Made by a program: the position numbers and the translations under genes. This document shows, one piece after another, positions 10,553-18,951 of a stretch of DNA of 64,000 nucleotides. Source of the DNA: Candidatus Latescibacterota bacterium (GTDB lineage: Bacteria; Latescibacterota; UBA2968; UBA8231); the NCBI GenBank assembly GCA_965221775.1, contig CBDCSU010000006.1, positions 800,001-864,000 of the forward strand. Reading direction: 5' to 3'. Every line of letters starts with the position of its first letter. Position 1 is the stretch's first letter. Under the pieces are notes generated by a model. The model was not told the DNA's origin. It made no database searches and saw only the letters and a program-made list of their open reading frames with translations.

Positions 10553-10948
10553 TCACGGTTGAGCCTTCTCCTCCATGATCTGGATCAGGTTGCCGCAGGT
10601 ATCGTCGAAGACTGCGGTAATGACAGTCCCCAGGTCGGTTGGCGGCTGCACGAATCGCACACCTTTCGCCACGAGACGCTCGTGCTCGGCTCCGACATCG
10701 TCGACCGCGAAGGAGGTATAGGGGATCCCGTCCTCCACGAGCGCCTTCCTGAACGGGCCTACTGCGGGGTGTTCAGCAGGCTCAAGCACCAACTCCGTCC
10801 CCTCCGGAGCTTCCTCGGACACCACGGTGATCCACGAGTGCCCTCCGAGAGGGATGTTGTGCTTTAGACGAAAACCAAGCGTTTCCGTGTAGAAGCGAAG
10901 TGCCTTCTGCTGATCGTCCACGACGACGCTGGTCAGGTTGATTCTCAT
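10553..10948 (-). CDS. VOC/glyoxalase family protein
   Basis: SVVVDDQQKALRFYTETLGF, WITVVS, FAVDDV, AVFDDTCGNLIQI. Confidence 0.9.
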   Translation of the reverse strand: MRINLTSVVVDDQQKALRFYTETLGFRLKHNIPLGGHSWITVVSEEAPEGTELVLEPAEHPAVGPFRKALVEDGIPYTSFAVDDVGAEHERLVAKGVRFVQPPTDLGTVITAVFDDTCGNLIQIMEEKAQP

Positions 10949-11232
10949 TCCTCAATCTCCTCGTCTGTTGAGACCGGCCACCGCTCCCCGATGGCCTTCA
11001 GCGGCGCGCCCACGAACCAGTGGAGCTTCGACCTCCCCTCGCGCCTCGTGCGAATGAGCCCGGCGGCTTCCAGGACGTCCAGGTGTTGCGAGATCGCTTG
11101 CCGCGAGGAGCAGATGCCGTGTTTCATGGTCAGGCGCCCACAAAGCTCGAAGAGCGATTGACCCGACCGATCCACGAGTTCATCCAGGATGGCCCGCCTG
11201 GTTCGGTCAGCGATCGCTCGATAGATGTCCAC
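10945..11232 (-). CDS. ArsR/SmtB-family HTH transcriptional regulator
   Basis: AIADRTRRAILDEL, SRQAISQHLDVLEAAGLI, RREGR; coupled to the VOC gene. Confidence 0.88.
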   Translation of the reverse strand: MDIYRAIADRTRRAILDELVDRSGQSLFELCGRLTMKHGICSSRQAISQHLDVLEAAGLIRTRREGRSKLHWFVGAPLKAIGERWPVSTDEEIEE

Positions 11233-11274
11233 ATGTCAGTCCAAGGCAGGTGTTCGCTTGCATGTCGAGGCTCG

Positions 11275-11304
11275 ATAATATGCAAGCATGGGGTTGCATG
11301 TCAA
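11275..11304 (-). promoter_or_regulatory. Promoter with overlapping palindromic operator for the ArsR-VOC operon
   Basis: Minus strand TTGACA-N18-TATTAT; ATGCAA-N8-TTGCAT palindrome in the spacer, plus a second related GACATGCAAG half-site nearer the gene. Confidence 0.65.
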
Positions 11305-11392
11305 CAGTGAGCTTCGCACCGCGCCGCACGGCGACCGCGGCCGGAACCGATCCCGGCGCGGCCAGCGCGGCGGCGAGGCGCACGACCGCCTT

Positions 11393-11569
11393 CTACACGG
11401 GCGAATCCGCCGGGCCCGCCTGAGGGTCAGCCGCCGCCGGGAGGCACGAGAAGCCCCGCTCGGCGAAGTGATCGTCGAAGGCGAAGGCCTGGCGCAGCCC
11501 TGCGCGGGCCATCACCGCAAAGCTGACGCAGTCCACGAGGCTCAGCCCCCGGCGGCCGGCGAAGACCAT
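11393..11569 (-). pseudogene. Internally deleted VapC (PIN-domain) toxin, 58 codons
   Basis: MVFAGRRGLSLVDCVSFAVMARAGLRQAFAFDDHFAERGF...: PIN C-terminal motifs SLVDC-SF and AFAFDxHF joined directly to the start; TGATG-coupled to the antitoxin. Confidence 0.75.
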
Positions 11570-11814
11570 CAGCCGCGGTAGGCTTCACCCAGACAGCGGT
11601 CATGTCCCTCGGCCCCGTCGCCGCCTCCGGAACGGAACCGGCCGGCCGCCGAGACCGCCCGGTCCGCGCGCTCGGCATCGATGGTCTCCGCCGAACGCAG
11701 CAGCAGATCCACCCCCTCGCGAATCACCGTCGCCATGGAAACCCGCCGCTCGGCGGCGATCCGCTTGACGCGCCGCGCCTGGTCTTCGGTCAGCCGGACC
11801 TGTGTTCGGACCAT
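11569..11814 (-). CDS. CopG/RHH-family antitoxin (VapB-like)
   Basis: MVRTQVRLTEDQARRVKRIAAERRVSMATVIREGVD...AGRFRSG...HDRCL. Confidence 0.8.
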   Translation of the reverse strand: MVRTQVRLTEDQARRVKRIAAERRVSMATVIREGVDLLLRSAETIDAERADRAVSAAGRFRSGGGDGAEGHDRCLGEAYRG

Positions 11815-11908
11815 CTCGAACAGCTCCCTGTTCATCACGTGGGGCTCCATGATAGCAGATCTTCCCCTCGAAGGGACATGATCCTGGGGGAATCGACCCG
11901 TCGCCGAA

Positions 11909-11933
11909 GTAACAAACCGTGCTCTGAGTCGTT
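11909..11933 (+). promoter_or_regulatory. Putative ECF-sigma autoregulatory promoter
   Basis: GTAAC-N16-CGTT upstream of the ECF sigma gene, matching the general AAC/CGT ECF promoter pattern. Confidence 0.5.
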
Positions 11934-11985
11934 CTATGGGTGTGGCCACGTGGGATCCGTTCCTCCCCCGCACCAAGGAGATGGG

Positions 11986-12507
11986 ATGCACGTAGAACAG
12001 GCGCTCGAGCGATACGGTCCTCTGGTCATGAGCCTGATCTGGCGGATCAATCAGAACCGGGAGGAAACCGCCGATCTCTACCAGGAGGTATTCGTCAAGT
12101 ACCACGTCACCACCAGCGAGGCCGGTCCTCTGCAACAGCCCAAGTCGTGGCTGTGCCGCACGGCGATCAATGCCGCCATCGACTTCAGCCGCCAGCGGGC
12201 CCGCTTGTGTCCCTGGACGGAACCGGCGCAGGAACCTCACAGCCGGGAGGCGGAGGATGCGGTCGACAGGGGGCTGATGGTCGAAACGATCCGGCGCCTC
12301 GCTTTGGATCTGCCCGAACGCCGCAGAGAGGTCTTCATCCTGCGGTACTTCCAGGGCTGCTCCTTCGAGCAGATCGCCCGGATCCTGGACTGCTCGGAGG
12401 GCGCGGCTCGCGCAGCTGCCTTTCAAGCCGCCAGACAGATCCGGGAGCGGCTCTCAGCCGACGAGTCACGCGAAGCACCGAACCTCGAGAAGGAGGCCTG
12501 CAGATGA
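11986..12507 (+). CDS. ECF RNA polymerase sigma factor
   Basis: ADLYQEVFVK, SWLCRTAINAAID (region 2), LPERRREVFILRYFQGCSFEQIARIL (region 4); AAGGAG RBS. Confidence 0.92.
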   Translation: MHVEQALERYGPLVMSLIWRINQNREETADLYQEVFVKYHVTTSEAGPLQQPKSWLCRTAINAAIDFSRQRARLCPWTEPAQEPHSREAEDAVDRGLMVETIRRLALDLPERRREVFILRYFQGCSFEQIARILDCSEGAARAAAFQAARQIRERLSADESREAPNLEKEACR

Positions 12508-13238
12508 TCACGACCAGCCAGTTCCAGGAGAGACTGATCGAGTACCTCGACGGCGAGCTGCCGGAGGCCGAGCGCAGGGAGGTGGAGGAGTACCTGCGGG
12601 CCCACCCCGAGGCCGCCCGGCTCAAGGGAGACCTGGCCCTGTTGAGCGAGGCAGGCCGGTCAATCCGCGAGTCCAGCTATCCCGCGGATCTGCTCCTGGA
12701 GGCCAACCGGGCCCTGGCCGCCCGCCTGGCCGCCCGGAGCAGTGAAGCGGCTTCGTCGCGCGGAGCGGCACCGGCCTTCTCCGGCAACGGTTCGCCAGAG
12801 ATGCCTGGCTCGAGCCCGGCGCCGCACCGTCGGCGTTGGCGTCCGCGCTCCCTTGCCGCCGTCCTCGCCGGCGTGGCGATCCTGCTCGCCGGGGCCGCCA
12901 GCCAGAGGGCGGCGATCGCCGAGGTCGCCAGCAGCCTCCTGCATCGGATCAGTGTCAACCTTGACGGTGACGGCGAGATCGAGGTGACCATTGACGGCGA
13001 GCCGGTCGAGGTCAGGGAAATTGAGAGCGGTGACGGAGGGTTCATCATAGTGGTCCACGACGACGACAACGGGATCGATCATCACCTTGAAGACCTGATC
13101 CGTCGGACCATTGACGGCGAGACCGCCGAGCTCCTGTTCCCCGCCGGAAAGACGGGCGCCGGTTCGCCGGACGTACCCGCTCAGAGCTGGGGCGAGGTCA
13201 AGGAGGCCGTCGATCCGGCGGTCAAGGCCTCCCCCTGA
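12504..13238 (+). CDS. Anti-sigma factor: N-terminal anti-sigma domain, one TM helix, extracytoplasmic part with SWGEVK tail
   Basis: LIEYLDGELPEAERREVEEYL (zf-HC2-like but lacking the Cys); TM SLAAVLAGVAILLAGAA; ATGA overlap with the sigma gene. Confidence 0.82.
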   Translation: MITTSQFQERLIEYLDGELPEAERREVEEYLRAHPEAARLKGDLALLSEAGRSIRESSYPADLLLEANRALAARLAARSSEAASSRGAAPAFSGNGSPEMPGSSPAPHRRRWRPRSLAAVLAGVAILLAGAASQRAAIAEVASSLLHRISVNLDGDGEIEVTIDGEPVEVREIESGDGGFIIVVHDDDNGIDHHLEDLIRRTIDGETAELLFPAGKTGAGSPDVPAQSWGEVKEAVDPAVKASP

Positions 13239-13345
13239 TCGGGGGAGTTCAGCCAGCCGACGCCTGACGACAGCAGAGAGTACGATTCCGGCGGGATGGG
13301 CCCTGCCTGCGTGCCAGGGCCTGTCCCGCGGTGCCGTTTGTGGCG

Positions 13346-13456
13346 CTATTCCGGAAGAACCACCTCGACCTCGGTGAACTTCTCCAGGCCCCGGTCGAAG
13401 CTCACCAGGGTCAGACCCGCGGCAGCTGCGAACGCCGCCGGGCAGGCGTCGCTCAA
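13346..13456 (-). pseudogene. C-terminal remnant of a second VapC (PIN) toxin, 36 codons
   Basis: LSDACPAAFAAAAGLTLVSFDRGLEKFTEVEVVLPE resembles the PIN C-terminal DA-xxAA...LVTFD motif; TTG overlaps the antitoxin stop. Confidence 0.6.
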
Positions 13457-13701
13457 GGTACACCCGAGTCTTCCGCCTCCAGGATGCGGCTGATGTCGTC
13501 GGAGCCCAGGTCCACCGACCCCGGACGGCTGGAGGGAACCAGGGGGAACCGCAGCCGGCGGCCGGGTCCCCTCCCCGCGTCGCGGCCTAGCTTATCCTCG
13601 AGAGCTTCCGTGACGAAGGTCTCGAGGCTCTTGCCTTGAAGGGACGCGGCAGCCTTCGCGCGGCGAAGGATGTGGTCGGGAACATCGATCCTGGCTGGCA
13701 T
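13453..13701 (-). CDS. Antitoxin-like RHH protein (VapB-like)
   Basis: MPARIDVPDHILRRAKAAASLQGKSLETFVTEALEDKL...RFPLV. Confidence 0.72.
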   Translation of the reverse strand: MPARIDVPDHILRRAKAAASLQGKSLETFVTEALEDKLGRDAGRGPGRRLRFPLVPSSRPGSVDLGSDDISRILEAEDSGVP

Positions 13702-13783
13702 TCCCCTAATGTACGGCACTACCGAGGGCTGCCGTCGACAAGCCGGCCGCGCCCTGGATCTCCGATCCGGACCACGAGGGAAA

Positions 13784-14341
13784 ATGACGGAAGCGAAGAG
13801 CATCTGCGTGTACTGCGGCTCCAAGTCCGGCCTCGGCAAGACCTACCTCCGCGAGGCCGAAGCGCTGGGCGGGGCCATCGCCCGGCGCAGAATGGGGCTG
13901 GTCTACGGCGGCGGCAACGTGGGGCTCATGGGGGCCGTCGCCCGATCCGCCCTGGAGGCCGGAGGCAGCGTCGTCGGCGTCATCCCGCGCACCCTCGAGG
14001 AGAGGGAGCTGGCCCAACGCGAGGTGCACGAGCTGATCGTGACCGACGACATGCACGAGCGCAAGGCGATCATGGCCCGGCGCGCCGACGCCTTCCTGGC
14101 TCTGCCGGGCGGGTACGGCACAATGGAGGAGTTGTTCGAAGCCCTGGCGTGGTCGCAGCTCGGCTTCCACGCCAAGCCCGTGGGGCTGCTCAACACGGCC
14201 GGCTACTTCGACCCCCTGGTGCGATTCCTCGACCAGGCGGTGGAGCGCGGGTTCCTGCGGCCGAAGGACCGGGCCCTGCTGCAGGTGGAGGCGGAGGCCG
14301 AGGCCCTCGTGCAAGCCCTGGCCGAGCGGGTTGGTGCGTGA
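13784..14341 (+). CDS. LOG-family nucleotide phosphoribohydrolase (TIGR00730-like)
   Basis: ICVYCGS, LVYGGGNVGLMG, MHERK, LPGGYGTMEE. Confidence 0.92.
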   Translation: MTEAKSICVYCGSKSGLGKTYLREAEALGGAIARRRMGLVYGGGNVGLMGAVARSALEAGGSVVGVIPRTLEERELAQREVHELIVTDDMHERKAIMARRADAFLALPGGYGTMEELFEALAWSQLGFHAKPVGLLNTAGYFDPLVRFLDQAVERGFLRPKDRALLQVEAEAEALVQALAERVGA

Positions 14342-14347
14342 CCGGCC

Positions 14348-15661
14348 TCAGAGATAGCCGTTGATCACGTTCTCCAGCCACTCCTCGCGACCGCTGATCC
14401 TGGCGGCCTCGCCGTGCTCGTGGACGTACGCCTCCATGTCGGCCAGGGTCGCCTCGCCCCTCAGGATCCTGCGCCCGATCCCCCGCCGCCAGCCGGCGTA
14501 GCGGCGCTTCACGAAGTCGCCCACCACCCCGTCCTCGAGGATCCGCGCCGCCGTCTTCAGCCCCCGGGCGAAGGCGTCCATGCCGCCGATGTGGGCGTGG
14601 AAGAGGTCCTCCACGTCGAAGGATCCGCGCCGCACCTTGGCGTCGAAGTTGACGCCCCCCGTCCTCAGCCCGCCCTGACGCAGGATGACCATCATCGCGT
14701 AGGTCGTGCCGTAGAGGTCGGTGGGGAACTGGTCCGTGTCCCAGCCGAGGAGGAGGTCGCCGCGGTTGGCGTCGATGCTGCCGAGGCAGCCCTCGGCGGC
14801 GGCCACGGTCAGGTCGTGCTCGAAGGTGTGGCCCGCCAGGGTGGCGTGGTTGGCCTCGAGGTTGAGCTTGAAGTCGTCGAGCAGGTCGTGGGCGCGGAGG
14901 AAGCCGAGGACGGTGGCCGCGTCGTAGTCGTACTGGTGCTTGGTCGGCTCCTTCGGCTTCGGCTCGACCAGCAGCGTGCCCCGGAAGCCGATCTCCTTCT
15001 TGTAGTCGGCGGCCATGCGCAACAGCCGCGCCATCTGCTCCTGCTCCTGCTTCAGGTCGGTGTTGAGGAGATTGGAGTAGCCCTCGCGGCCTCCCCAGAA
15101 CACGTAGTTGGCGCCGCCCAGGGCCTGGGTGCACTCCATGCACTTCTTGATCTGCGCCCCGGCCCAGGCGAAGACGTGGGGGTCGGGGTTGGTGCCGGCG
15201 CCGTGGGTGAAGCGCGCGTTGGAGAAACAGTTCGACGTGCCCCACAGCAGCTTCACCCCCGTCTCCCGCTGCAGGGAGGCGGCCAGCTTCACCATGCGGT
15301 CGAGGCGTTCGTTCGTCTCCCTCAGGCTCTCCCCCTCGGGGGAGATGTCGCGGTCGTGGAAGGCCCAGAACGGCACCCCGAGCTTGGTGAAGAACTCGAA
15401 GGCGGCGCGCATCGTCTCCTCCGCCGCCTCCATGGGGTCGCTGGAGGTCTCCCAGGGCCGGTCGTAGACCGGGGAGGGTCCGAAAGGGTCGATGCCGCCC
15501 CCCTTCATGGTGTGCCAGTAGACGACGGAGAAGCGCAGGTGTTGCTCCATGGTGCGGCGGCCGACCTTCTCCGCCGGGTCGTAGTGCCGGAAAGCCAGGG
15601 GGTTGTCCGTCTCCGGCCCTTCGTACTCCACCTTTCCGATGCCCTCGAAGTACTCCTTCAT
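14348..15661 (-). CDS. xylA: Xylose isomerase (class II)
   Basis: YWHT, FHDRD, WGGREGY, EPKPKEPTKHQYD, EANHATLAGH, GWDTDQF, NFDAKVRR. Confidence 0.96.
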   Translation of the reverse strand: MKEYFEGIGKVEYEGPETDNPLAFRHYDPAEKVGRRTMEQHLRFSVVYWHTMKGGGIDPFGPSPVYDRPWETSSDPMEAAEETMRAAFEFFTKLGVPFWAFHDRDISPEGESLRETNERLDRMVKLAASLQRETGVKLLWGTSNCFSNARFTHGAGTNPDPHVFAWAGAQIKKCMECTQALGGANYVFWGGREGYSNLLNTDLKQEQEQMARLLRMAADYKKEIGFRGTLLVEPKPKEPTKHQYDYDAATVLGFLRAHDLLDDFKLNLEANHATLAGHTFEHDLTVAAAEGCLGSIDANRGDLLLGWDTDQFPTDLYGTTYAMMVILRQGGLRTGGVNFDAKVRRGSFDVEDLFHAHIGGMDAFARGLKTAARILEDGVVGDFVKRRYAGWRRGIGRRILRGEATLADMEAYVHEHGEAARISGREEWLENVINGYL

Positions 15662-16527
15662 GGACTGTTCTCCTCCGGTTCGGGGGTCACGTACGCCGCG
15701 GTGATGCCGCCGTCCACGTTGAAGGCGGTACCGGTGACGAAGGAGGACTCGTCCGACGCCAGGTAGAGGGCCGCGTCGGCGATCTCCCCGGCCTCCCCGA
15801 AGCGGCCCATGGGGATGTGGACGAGGCGCCGCTGCCGCTTGCTCTCGGTGTCGAGGTACTTCATCAGCAGTTCCGTGCGCAGCGGCCCCGGGCACAGGGC
15901 GTTGACGCGGATGCCCTCGCGGGCGTGGACCACGGCCAGCTCCCGCGTGAGGGCGAGGACCCCGCCCTTGCTGGCCGTGTACGCCAGCTGCGGCACCGCC
16001 GCCCCCAAGAGGGCGACGAAGGAGGCGGTGTTGATGATCGAGCCGCCGCCGGCGCGCCGCAGGGCCGGCACCCCGTGCTTGCACCCCAGGAAGACGCCCT
16101 TGAGGTTGACGGCCATCGTCAGGTCCCAGACGGCCTCCTCCGTGTCCACGGCGTCGGCGTCGGCGGCGTGGGAGATGCCGGCGTTGTTGAACAGCACGTG
16201 GAGGGCGCCGAACTCCGCCTCCGCCCGGGCGACCATGGCGGCGCAGTCACTCCCGCGCGAGACATCGGCCTTCACGAAGAGGGCCCGGCCTCCGCTGGCG
16301 GCGACCTCCTCCACGACCGCCTGCCCGGCCGCGGCGTTCACGTCGACGGCGGCGACCCGGGCTCCCTCGGCGGCGAACCTCAGGGCCGCCTGACGCCCGA
16401 TGCCGCTGCCGGCGCCCGTGATCAGGGCCACCTTGCCGCTCAGCCGGCCGGGCGCGGCCGGTCCGGCGGCGGCGTGGTCCCTCCGGGATCTTTCAGAGTC
16501 GGGATGTCGCGGGGTAGGGTGAGCCAC
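15658..16527 (-). CDS. Short-chain dehydrogenase/reductase (start uncertain)
   Basis: GKVALITGAGSGIG, NNAGI, YTASKGG, NALCPG, VDGG; stop overlaps the xylA start. Confidence 0.88.
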   Translation of the reverse strand: MAHPTPRHPDSERSRRDHAAAGPAAPGRLSGKVALITGAGSGIGRQAALRFAAEGARVAAVDVNAAAGQAVVEEVAASGGRALFVKADVSRGSDCAAMVARAEAEFGALHVLFNNAGISHAADADAVDTEEAVWDLTMAVNLKGVFLGCKHGVPALRRAGGGSIINTASFVALLGAAVPQLAYTASKGGVLALTRELAVVHAREGIRVNALCPGPLRTELLMKYLDTESKRQRRLVHIPMGRFGEAGEIADAALYLASDESSFVTGTAFNVDGGITAAYVTPEPEENSP

Positions 16528-16662
16528 GGCGAAGCAGTGTACCGGGGGGCCGGAGGGCATGCAAGCTGGCCGCCGCATGGGCCAGGCCGTTGATTCAGCA
16601 CCGCAGGCGAGAGGGCCTGCAAGCCACCCGCCCCCATGGGCAGCCCCGGGAGAAGCACGCCA

Positions 16663-17652
16663 ATGCTGGGCATGACCCTGACCCGGTTCATCATCGAGCA
16701 GCAGCGCCAGTTCCCCGGCGTGTCCGGGCGCTTCACCGCCCTGCTGGAAGGGATCACCACCGCCGCCAAGATCATCGGCCGCGAGGTGAACAAGGCGGGC
16801 CTGGCCGAGACCATGGGCCTCACGGGGCGCATCAACGTCCACGGCGAGCAGGTGCAGAAGCTCGACGAGTTCGCCAACGTCACCATCATCCAGGCCCTCG
16901 ACCACACCGGGCTGCTGGCGGCCATGGCCTCGGAGGAGATGGAGGACTTCTACCCGATCCCGGACCCCCACGCCCGGGGCCCCTACATCCTCGTCTTCGA
17001 CCCCGTGGACGGCTCCTCGAACATCGACGTGAACGTCAGCATCGGCACCATCTTCTCCATCTACCGCCCGCCCGGCTCGGCCGCCGCCACCGCCGAGAGC
17101 TTCCTGCGGCCGGGGCGCGAGCAGCTGTGCGCCGGGTACTTCGTCTACGGGTCGAGCACGATGCTGGTCTACACCACCGGCCGCGGCGTCCACGGCTTCA
17201 CCCTGGACCCGACGATCGGCGAGTTCCTGCTCTCCCACGAGAGCATCCGCATCCCGGAGCGGGGCGCCATCTACAGCGTCAACGAGGGCAACGCCGGCGG
17301 CTGGAGCGGCGGTGTGCGCGCCTACGTGGACAGCCGCAAGGAGCAAGGCTGCTCGGCGCGCTACATCGGCTCCCTGGTCTCCGACTTCCACCGCAACCTG
17401 CTCAAGGGCGGCGTCTTCCTCTACCCGGGCGACCGCAAGTCCCCCGGGGGCAAGCTGCGCCTGCTCTACGAGGCCAGTCCCCTGGCCTTCATCGCCGAGC
17501 AGGCCGGCGGCGGCGCCTCCGACGGCCGCGGGCCGATCCTCGACCGGGTGCCCGCGACCCTGCACGAGCGGGTGCCCCTGGCCATCGGCAGCCGCCTGGA
17601 CGTGGAGGAGTTCGAGGCGGCGGTGAGCGGCGAAGACCCCCGCGGTTCCTGA
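16663..17652 (+). CDS. fbp: Fructose-1,6-bisphosphatase class 1
   Basis: GEQVQKLD, SEE, FDPVDGSSNIDVN, YSVNEGN, RYIGSLVSDFHRNLLKGG, KLRLLYE. Confidence 0.95.
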   Translation: MLGMTLTRFIIEQQRQFPGVSGRFTALLEGITTAAKIIGREVNKAGLAETMGLTGRINVHGEQVQKLDEFANVTIIQALDHTGLLAAMASEEMEDFYPIPDPHARGPYILVFDPVDGSSNIDVNVSIGTIFSIYRPPGSAAATAESFLRPGREQLCAGYFVYGSSTMLVYTTGRGVHGFTLDPTIGEFLLSHESIRIPERGAIYSVNEGNAGGWSGGVRAYVDSRKEQGCSARYIGSLVSDFHRNLLKGGVFLYPGDRKSPGGKLRLLYEASPLAFIAEQAGGGASDGRGPILDRVPATLHERVPLAIGSRLDVEEFEAAVSGEDPRGS

Positions 17653-17661
17653 GGAGATCCC

Positions 17662-18942
17662 ATGGAACGCGACACCGCCTTCGAGATGGCCACCTCCAGC
17701 ATCCGCTACGGCTCCGGGGTCACGGCCGAGATCGGCATGGACCTGGCCGACATGGGGGCGCGGCGGGTGCTGCTGGTGACCGACCCGAACCTGTCGCGCC
17801 TGGAGCCGGTGGCGGTGGCCCGCCAGTCGCTGGACGACGCCGGGGTCGAGCATCAGCTCTTCGACGGCGTCCACGTGGAGCCCACGGACGCCTCCTTCGG
17901 CGAGGCGGTCGACGTCGCCACGGAGGGGGGCTTCGACGCCTATGTCGCCGTGGGCGGCGGCTCCAGCATCGACACGGCGAAGGCCGCCAACCTCTACGCC
18001 ACCCATCCGCCCGAGGACTTCCTCGACTACGTGAACGCCCCCATCGGCCGCGGTCTGCCGGCGCCGGGCGCCCTGAAGCCGCTCATCGCCGTGCCGACGA
18101 CGGCGGGCACCGGCTCCGAGACGACGGGGGTGGCCATCTTCGACCTGGTGGAGATGAAGGCCAAGACCGGCATCGCCCACCGGCGGCTGCGGCCGGTGCT
18201 GGGCCTCATCGATCCGGACAACACGCGGAGCCTGCCCCCGGCGGTGGCCGCCTCCACCGGGCTCGACGTGCTCAGCCACGCCCTGGAGTCGTACACGGCC
18301 GTCCCCTACGACCGCAGGCCGCGGCCCGAGAGGCCGGTGCTGCGGCCGGCCTACCAGGGCGCCAACCCGATCAGCGACCTGTGGGCCCTGCGGGCCCTGG
18401 AGATGATGGCCGCCTTCCTTCCCCGGGCCGTGGCCGACCCCGGCGACGACGAGGCCCGCGGGCAGATGCTGCTGGCCGCGGCCTTCGCCGGCATCGGCTT
18501 CGGCAACGCCGGCGTGCACCTGCCCCACGGCATGTCGTACCCGGTGGCCGGCATGGTCCGCGACTACGTGCCGGAGGGCTACGGCCTCGACTACCCCGTC
18601 GTCCCCCACGGCATCGCCGTCATCGTCAACGCCCCGGCGGTCTTCCGCTTCACGGCGGCGGCCGATCCCGGGCGCCACCTCACGGCCGCCCGCATCCTCG
18701 GGGCCGACGTCAGCGGCGTGAGCGACGACGACGCCGGACGGGTGCTGGCCGATGCCATCGTCGGCCTCATGCGCCGCCTCGACATACCCAACGGCCTGTC
18801 CGCCCTCGGCTACGGGCGCGGCGACATCCCCGCCCTGGTGGAGGGCACCCTGCCGCAGCACCGCGTCACCAAGCTGTCGCCGCGCGAGGCCGGGGCCGAA
18901 GAGCTGGCGGCGCTCTTCGAGGACGCCCTGGCCTACTGGTAG
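17662..18942 (+). CDS. Hydroxyacid-oxoacid transhydrogenase (ADHFE1/HOT-like iron-containing alcohol dehydrogenase family)
   Basis: VEPTDASF, GGGSSIDTAKAANLY, PTTAGTGSETTG, RPAYQGANPISD, GNAGVHLPHGMSYP, VPHG. Confidence 0.88.
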   Translation: MERDTAFEMATSSIRYGSGVTAEIGMDLADMGARRVLLVTDPNLSRLEPVAVARQSLDDAGVEHQLFDGVHVEPTDASFGEAVDVATEGGFDAYVAVGGGSSIDTAKAANLYATHPPEDFLDYVNAPIGRGLPAPGALKPLIAVPTTAGTGSETTGVAIFDLVEMKAKTGIAHRRLRPVLGLIDPDNTRSLPPAVAASTGLDVLSHALESYTAVPYDRRPRPERPVLRPAYQGANPISDLWALRALEMMAAFLPRAVADPGDDEARGQMLLAAAFAGIGFGNAGVHLPHGMSYPVAGMVRDYVPEGYGLDYPVVPHGIAVIVNAPAVFRFTAAADPGRHLTAARILGADVSGVSDDDAGRVLADAIVGLMRRLDIPNGLSALGYGRGDIPALVEGTLPQHRVTKLSPREAGAEELAALFEDALAYW

Positions 18943-18951
18943 GAGAAACCA

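Noticed and set aside
10530-13700. Accessory patch as a prophage or IS/integrative element
   Set aside because: No integrase, transposase, phage gene, terminal inverted repeat or flanking direct repeat was found. It is treated only as an insertion hotspot.
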